Shown one piece after another: positions 6,525 through 11,203 of a DNA stretch of 11,203 nt. Source of the DNA: Methanobacterium sp. (GTDB taxonomy: Archaea; Methanobacteriota; Methanobacteria; Methanobacteriales; Methanobacteriaceae). The notes beneath the pieces were generated by a model. The model was given only the letters and a program-made list of their open reading frames with translations, ran no database searches and was not told the DNA's origin. The stretch lies in assembly GCA_003166335.1 (NCBI GenBank), contig PMWA01000039.1, positions 137 to 11,339 of the forward strand, written 5' to 3'. Numbering within the stretch: the first letter of the stretch is position 1; each line of letters opens with the position of its first letter. The translations under genes were made by a program, and so were the position numbers.

Positions 6525-8591
6525 CTATTTATATTTTTTAGTTATGGATTCGGCTATTTTAGGGCCGATACCTTCCACTCGGATTAATTCATTCTTAGAT
6601 ACATTACTTAAATCTGTTCCAAAGGTTTTAACCAGTGCACGTGCTCTTTTACGGCCTAATCTCTTCACACCCACCACTAATGGTATTAGATCATCCTTAA
6701 CACCATAATATAATCGAGCGGTGAGTGTCTCTAAATCCGGTGTATAACTGTAAATATTTAAAATTTCACACATTTCCTTATAAAATTTAACGAGTAATGA
6801 TGCATCATAGGCTGTTCGGCGGGTGCTGGCAGCGTATACGTTAAATGCGTTTTCGATTTCATATTCTGTATGTTCCTCAATCCATTCCATTAAAGCAGCG
6901 GCAGTGGCTTCATTATTACCAACCTCCACCACAAACACTCCTTTAATGTTCAGTTTATCCCGCACTGGCTCTTTACTCTTTCTACCCTTAAATGAAACTG
7001 GTATAATATCCGGAGTTTTAGCGATCTCATATATTAAACTCGAAATATCAAGTTGCGTGTTACGAGTAGTGTATTCCTTGAGTCTTACCGCGGTTTCTAC
7101 ACTGTAATTAGTCCGGGAAATCAATGTACCTAATGGAGTCGTTTTTAAACCCTCAGGAGTGGGTTTTATCATACCATGATGTATTAAAAACTCTAAAGCT
7201 TCATTAATCTCATATTCCATACTATCAGAGGTATAAACACTTAAAATCTCATTATTATACATTTGAAATCCGTAAAAAGTTTCCTTAAAAAAGTTTTGTA
7301 TATCTTCAGGTGTTTTAGATAATCTAGAAGCGACCTGCGAGATAATCTGCCGGTAAACTGCATCCTTATTCTCCAATAACTTGGAGTTAGTAGCTTCAAT
7401 CTCTCCATACAGATAATGATCCTTAAGATTATAAGCTTCATCCACACTTTTAGCGATTAAATAAGAGTAACCTTCATCATCATAACCAGGACGCCCCGCT
7501 CGACCGGACATTTGTTCATAATCAAATACAGGTATGGGTTGCGGTCCCTGACTTGTCCAGCGAGTGTAATCCCGTATCACAACATTCTTAGAAGGTAAAT
7601 TAACACCATACATTAGGCTAGGTGTAGCGGTTATCATCAATAAATTACCCGCCCGGAATTCATCCTCAATAATTTCCCTCTGCTTGTCAAACAAACCAGC
7701 ATGATGGAAGGCAACTCCCTCCCGTATACATTCTGCAAGCTTCAAACATACACTAGTCGGTCTTGAACCTCGCCTTCTGGGCACCTCCAATATTTTTTCA
7801 GCCACTCTTTCAAATGCATCCTTCTTATCATGGGGTAGATTCTTTTTTATTTTACCGGAAATATAATTAGCCAGTGACTCTGTAAATCTTCGAGTGGATA
7901 CGAATACTAATATTTGAGATGATTCTGTTATGGAATGATTCAAAACCTGTAGGATAACATCATTTTTGTTTTTAACTTCCATCTCTTCAATATTTAAGAC
8001 ATCCTTATAGAGGGGTACTGGACGGAAAACATGCTCCACTACATGTGCATCCAACCAATTTGCAAGTTCATTCATGTTTTTAATAGTAGCAGAAAGTGCT
8101 ATAATCCGCATGCCAGGATTCAATATATGTGATCGAGTGAGTGCACATTCAATAGTAGGTCCCCGTGAGTACTCCCCAATCATATGAAACTCATCCACAA
8201 TCAGAAGATCAACATCTCCTAATGTATTCCATGAAAAACGAGTTAACGCGTCAAAGGATTCAAAAACCATCACCGCTAAATCAGAAGAAGACGGATGTTT
8301 CCCCACTTTTATATCAAATTTTTCAAATTTCTTAAATTCTTTAAACTTCTCATTCTGAATAGATATCAAAGGCACCGCGTATACCACTTTACCCCCCTTT
8401 AATATAGTATCTAATGCAGCCATCACACCTAATAATGTTTTACCACTAGCAGTGGGTATAGCTATAATATAATTATGATTATCCTCTAGAAAACCCGCAT
8501 CAACCACAGCCTTTTGAGCAGGATTCAATTCCTTTATCTGGGGATAACATTCCTTTAATATTCCATTAATCTCCGGTTTTATAGACTCCAT
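6525..8591 (-). CDS. hel308: Ski2-like SF2 DNA helicase Hel308/Hjm
   Basis: 688 aa. Q motif LNPAQ, Walker A PTASGKT, DEFH, SAT, FHHAGL, QMSGRAGRPG, domain-5 RKRARAL motif and C-terminal HhH GIGPKIAE. Confidence 0.92.
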   Translation of the reverse strand: MESIKPEINGILKECYPQIKELNPAQKAVVDAGFLEDNHNYIIAIPTASGKTLLGVMAALDTILKGGKVVYAVPLISIQNEKFKEFKKFEKFDIKVGKHPSSSDLAVMVFESFDALTRFSWNTLGDVDLLIVDEFHMIGEYSRGPTIECALTRSHILNPGMRIIALSATIKNMNELANWLDAHVVEHVFRPVPLYKDVLNIEEMEVKNKNDVILQVLNHSITESSQILVFVSTRRFTESLANYISGKIKKNLPHDKKDAFERVAEKILEVPRRRGSRPTSVCLKLAECIREGVAFHHAGLFDKQREIIEDEFRAGNLLMITATPSLMYGVNLPSKNVVIRDYTRWTSQGPQPIPVFDYEQMSGRAGRPGYDDEGYSYLIAKSVDEAYNLKDHYLYGEIEATNSKLLENKDAVYRQIISQVASRLSKTPEDIQNFFKETFYGFQMYNNEILSVYTSDSMEYEINEALEFLIHHGMIKPTPEGLKTTPLGTLISRTNYSVETAVRLKEYTTRNTQLDISSLIYEIAKTPDIIPVSFKGRKSKEPVRDKLNIKGVFVVEVGNNEATAAALMEWIEEHTEYEIENAFNVYAASTRRTAYDASLLVKFYKEMCEILNIYSYTPDLETLTARLYYGVKDDLIPLVVGVKRLGRKRARALVKTFGTDLSNVSKNELIRVEGIGPKIAESITKKYK

Positions 8592-8597
8592 AAAGAT

Positions 8598-9068
8598 TTA
8601 ATCCTTCTCTTTTTTAATTACTTCAATCTCTGAAATAGTAGTTGATGGATACTGTCCATTCTCATCCTTCTCCACACTCTTAACCATATCCCAAACCGTT
8701 AAAAGACCCACACTAACACCCGTTAATGCTTCCATCTCCACTCCGGTCTTACCCGTTGAATTCACATTAACAGTAATCATTATATAATTCCTTTCAACTT
8801 GGAAATCCACATCCACCCCTGTGATTCTTAAAGAATGGCAGAGAGGTATGAGATGATGAGTAGATTTCACAGCACTTATAGCCGCAATTTGAGCAGTTAC
8901 CAATACATTACCCTTATTTAACTCCTCATTTTCCACTAAATTAATAGTGCTTTCTTTTAAATAGATTTTACCTCTAGCAAGAGCAATTCTTCTAGTGACA
9001 AGTTTATCACTAACATCCACCATCCTCACACCATTAGATGAAAGATGAGTTAAAGTTTTATTTACCAT
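8598..9068 (-). CDS. moaC: Cyclic pyranopterin monophosphate synthase MoaC
   Basis: LTHL...RMVDVSDK, LIPLCH, GKTGVEMEAL and WDMVK signature motifs. AGGAG RBS at 9084-9080. Confidence 0.97.
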   Translation of the reverse strand: MVNKTLTHLSSNGVRMVDVSDKLVTRRIALARGKIYLKESTINLVENEELNKGNVLVTAQIAAISAVKSTHHLIPLCHSLRITGVDVDFQVERNYIMITVNVNSTGKTGVEMEALTGVSVGLLTVWDMVKSVEKDENGQYPSTTISEIEVIKKEKD

Positions 9069-9205
9069 TATTAAAAATTCTCCTTTCTTAAATTCATTAA
9101 ATCAAATGTTTTAGTTCTCAGATCCTGAAAACTAATCTATTTTCAATTAAATTTTTTTTTTAAGCTAAAGTCCTTTTTATAAATTAATTTTAAATAAATT
9201 TTTGT

Positions 9206-10276
9206 TTAATATGGTATTTTTAAGTTAGAGTATTCATGGGCTTTACTATGTGCAGCGTTACCCATTTTCTGACTTAATTCATTATCACATAATATTTTAT
9301 CTAATGCTTCTGCTAAAGCTTTAGAGTCTCGAGGTTCTACCAATAACCCTACATCACTCGTGACTAATCCGGGTATCCCTCCTACATTGGTGGCTACCAC
9401 TGGTAATCCCGTGGCAAAAGCCTCAAGTAAAGTTATGGGAAATCCTTCTGAAATACTAGGCAGGACAAAAACATCAGTGGCAGGCATAATCTTATTGACA
9501 TCCCGTCGGGCGCCGGTGAAATACACATCTTTAATATCCTCTTTTAAAACCATTTCCCTTAAATTCGTCATTAAGGGTCCATCCCCCACTATTATAAGCT
9601 GTGCATCAGTTTTTAAATATTTTTTTGCTTCAAGGAGGTATTTTAAACCTTTCTGAGTAACTAAGTTACCTACAAATAATATCAACGGCTTATCCCTGTT
9701 AAGTCTCATATCCTGGATGAAAGTAGTTTCATTATCTGGTTTATATTTCTCCACATCCACAGCATTAGGAGTTACCATTATCTTATCCTTTAATCCCGTA
9801 ATATTAAGTTCATAAATTTTTTCTTTAATGGCATCGTTTACCACAGCTATATAATCAGCATTTTTAAGCACATATATTATTAAGATTCTTAAAAATGGAT
9901 TAGAAGCTAAAATATTAATATCAGAACCATGCACTGTGACAGCCGTCTTTCGACGGGTAAATATATTTGCTAGGACGGCGATTAAACCGGGTGGTAGTAA
10001 ATAATGGGCGTGTATCAAATCTACATCATATTTTCGGGTGATGCTTATTAGTTTTAGAGTGGCGGATATGAAAAAGAAGAAACCCCTTAAACCTTTAATG
10101 TTAATTGTGGGGGCTGTTTCAACATGCACTCCATCATAATCATGAATATCCGGGTGAGGGTAGGTTAATACAATTACTTCATCACCCCTTTTAACTAATT
10201 CCTGGGAGAGAAGATAGGTATGTGATGATACACCACCGATATGAGGTGGATAATGACCTAAAAGACACACCTTCAT
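9206..10276 (-). CDS. GT-B fold glycosyltransferase, family 4 (BshA-like motifs)
   Basis: YPPHIGG, LIHAHY, TVHGSDI, FVGNL..KG and DVFVLPSISEGFPITLLEA (E-x7-E) motifs. GAGGT RBS at 10290-10286. Confidence 0.92.
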   Translation of the reverse strand: MKVCLLGHYPPHIGGVSSHTYLLSQELVKRGDEVIVLTYPHPDIHDYDGVHVETAPTINIKGLRGFFFFISATLKLISITRKYDVDLIHAHYLLPPGLIAVLANIFTRRKTAVTVHGSDINILASNPFLRILIIYVLKNADYIAVVNDAIKEKIYELNITGLKDKIMVTPNAVDVEKYKPDNETTFIQDMRLNRDKPLILFVGNLVTQKGLKYLLEAKKYLKTDAQLIIVGDGPLMTNLREMVLKEDIKDVYFTGARRDVNKIMPATDVFVLPSISEGFPITLLEAFATGLPVVATNVGGIPGLVTSDVGLLVEPRDSKALAEALDKILCDNELSQKMGNAAHSKAHEYSNLKIPY

Positions 10277-10317
10277 AATTTTTTAACCTCAAAAAACGAA
10301 AATTACATTCTTTTTTA

Positions 10318-10325
10318 TATATAAA
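10318..10325 (-). promoter_or_regulatory. Putative TATA box upstream of the GT4 gene
   Basis: TTTATATA on the minus strand about 28 nt upstream of the RBS. The background is AT-rich. Confidence 0.4.
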
Positions 10326-10428
10326 TATAAGGAATCTAATTATATTTCTTTTTAATTATAATTTTATTCTTTAATATTATTGCAAATCAAAATGCGCAGG
10401 TGAATTTTTATAAAAAAAATATAATATT

Positions 10429-11203
10429 TTAATTTTTAAAAGATACATGGTGATTGGAGTTTAATACTGTACCATCCATCTTCACTATAACAACATCCAA
10501 CTCTTCCTGATATTTATATTGACATCTTTCTTTCACGGCTTCTGCAATACTATTGAAAACAGTTTCTACCAAATTAACCTCATCCAATAAATCAATCATC
10601 TCTTCCGTAGTATTTGAATGATAAATCTGATTTATAAGAGGTTGAGAAGCATTTGAAAGTGCTGCGTGCGTGGTTATTATTTCTCTTCGTCCGTCTGCAT
10701 TACGGTGTTCAGTGTTGAAAATTCCAGCAGCGATTTTAATAAGTTTTCCAGCATGCCCGAGGAGAATTAAATGTTTAACATTTGCTTCGCTTGCTTCATG
10801 GAGCATGTAACCCACTAGATTCCCCATTTGAATTATCTGGTCTTCATCTACATCTAAGAGGTTCTGGGCGATTTTATCTCCAATGTTACCCGGTACAAAA
10901 ACAAGTTCTTTATACTTTTCAGCTACTGCCACGTCTAATTGACATTTAAATGATTTTTGGTAGCTTTCCATGTTCATGGATCGAGCTAAGCCTGTGGTTC
11001 CTAAAATGGAGATACCGCCTATGATTCCCAATCGATGGTTAAGAGTTTTCTCTGCTAGTTTCTCTCCGCCAGGAACATATATAATTACTTCCACTCCTTT
11101 ATATGGTGGTAGTAATCTCTGTAGATTAGTTCTAATCATCTTTTGAGGAATGGGATTTATAGCGGGTTGACCCACCGGAATTTGGAGTCCTGGTTTAGTG
11201 ACT
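10429..11203 (-). CDS. cbiD: Cobalt-precorrin-5B C1-methyltransferase CbiD, 3' part (5' end outside the window)
   Basis: The frame stays open past the track start (VTKPGLQIPVGQPAINPIP). CbiD motifs AEKTLNHRLGIIGGISILGTTG, VFVPGNIG, GHAGKLIKIAAGIFNTEH and ADGRRE. Confidence 0.95.
   Translation of the reverse strand, partial: VTKPGLQIPVGQPAINPIPQKMIRTNLQRLLPPYKGVEVIIYVPGGEKLAEKTLNHRLGIIGGISILGTTGLARSMNMESYQKSFKCQLDVAVAEKYKELVFVPGNIGDKIAQNLLDVDEDQIIQMGNLVGYMLHEASEANVKHLILLGHAGKLIKIAAGIFNTEHRNADGRREIITTHAALSNASQPLINQIYHSNTTEEMIDLLDEVNLVETVFNSIAEAVKERCQYKYQEELDVVIVKMDGTVLNSNHHVSFKN

Noticed and set aside
6412..7447. Track ORFs 6412..6708 (+), 6823..7107 (+) and 7241..7447 (-)
   Set aside because: Antisense or alternative frames inside UPF0305/hel308, with no motifs or RBS.
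9360..9656. 98-aa plus-strand ORF
   Set aside because: Antisense shadow of the GT4 gene.

Overview
AT-rich archaeal DNA, most likely a Methanobacterium/Methanobacteriaceae chromosome (inferred from gene content and order, GGAGG/GAGGTG ribosome-binding sites and TTTATATA-type TATA boxes). The right half (5576-11203, all minus strand) is a housekeeping block: cbiD (partial), a GT4 glycosyltransferase, moaC, a Hel308/Hjm Ski2-like helicase, a UPF0305/DUF2115 protein and an NTF2-like/DUF4440 protein. The left half (about 1-5500) is an accessory, partly decayed island that the ORF track mostly misses. It holds: (i) two tandem paralogues sharing an N-terminal MGYLVCxxC..CxCGGEL Zn-ribbon and an 'NNHYT' linker but with unrelated C-termini, the second one frameshifted; (ii) an unannotated 41-42 aa CxxC..HxxC Zn-finger microprotein, plus a second 5'-truncated copy starting 2 bp after the stop codon of a 538-aa GT-C membrane glycosyltransferase; (iii) a hidden CxxC..CxxC Zn-ribbon frame overlapping a 66-aa ORF; and (iv) a 37-aa small ORF and several gene remnants. 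No tRNA, rRNA, CRISPR array, integrase or transposase was recognised.
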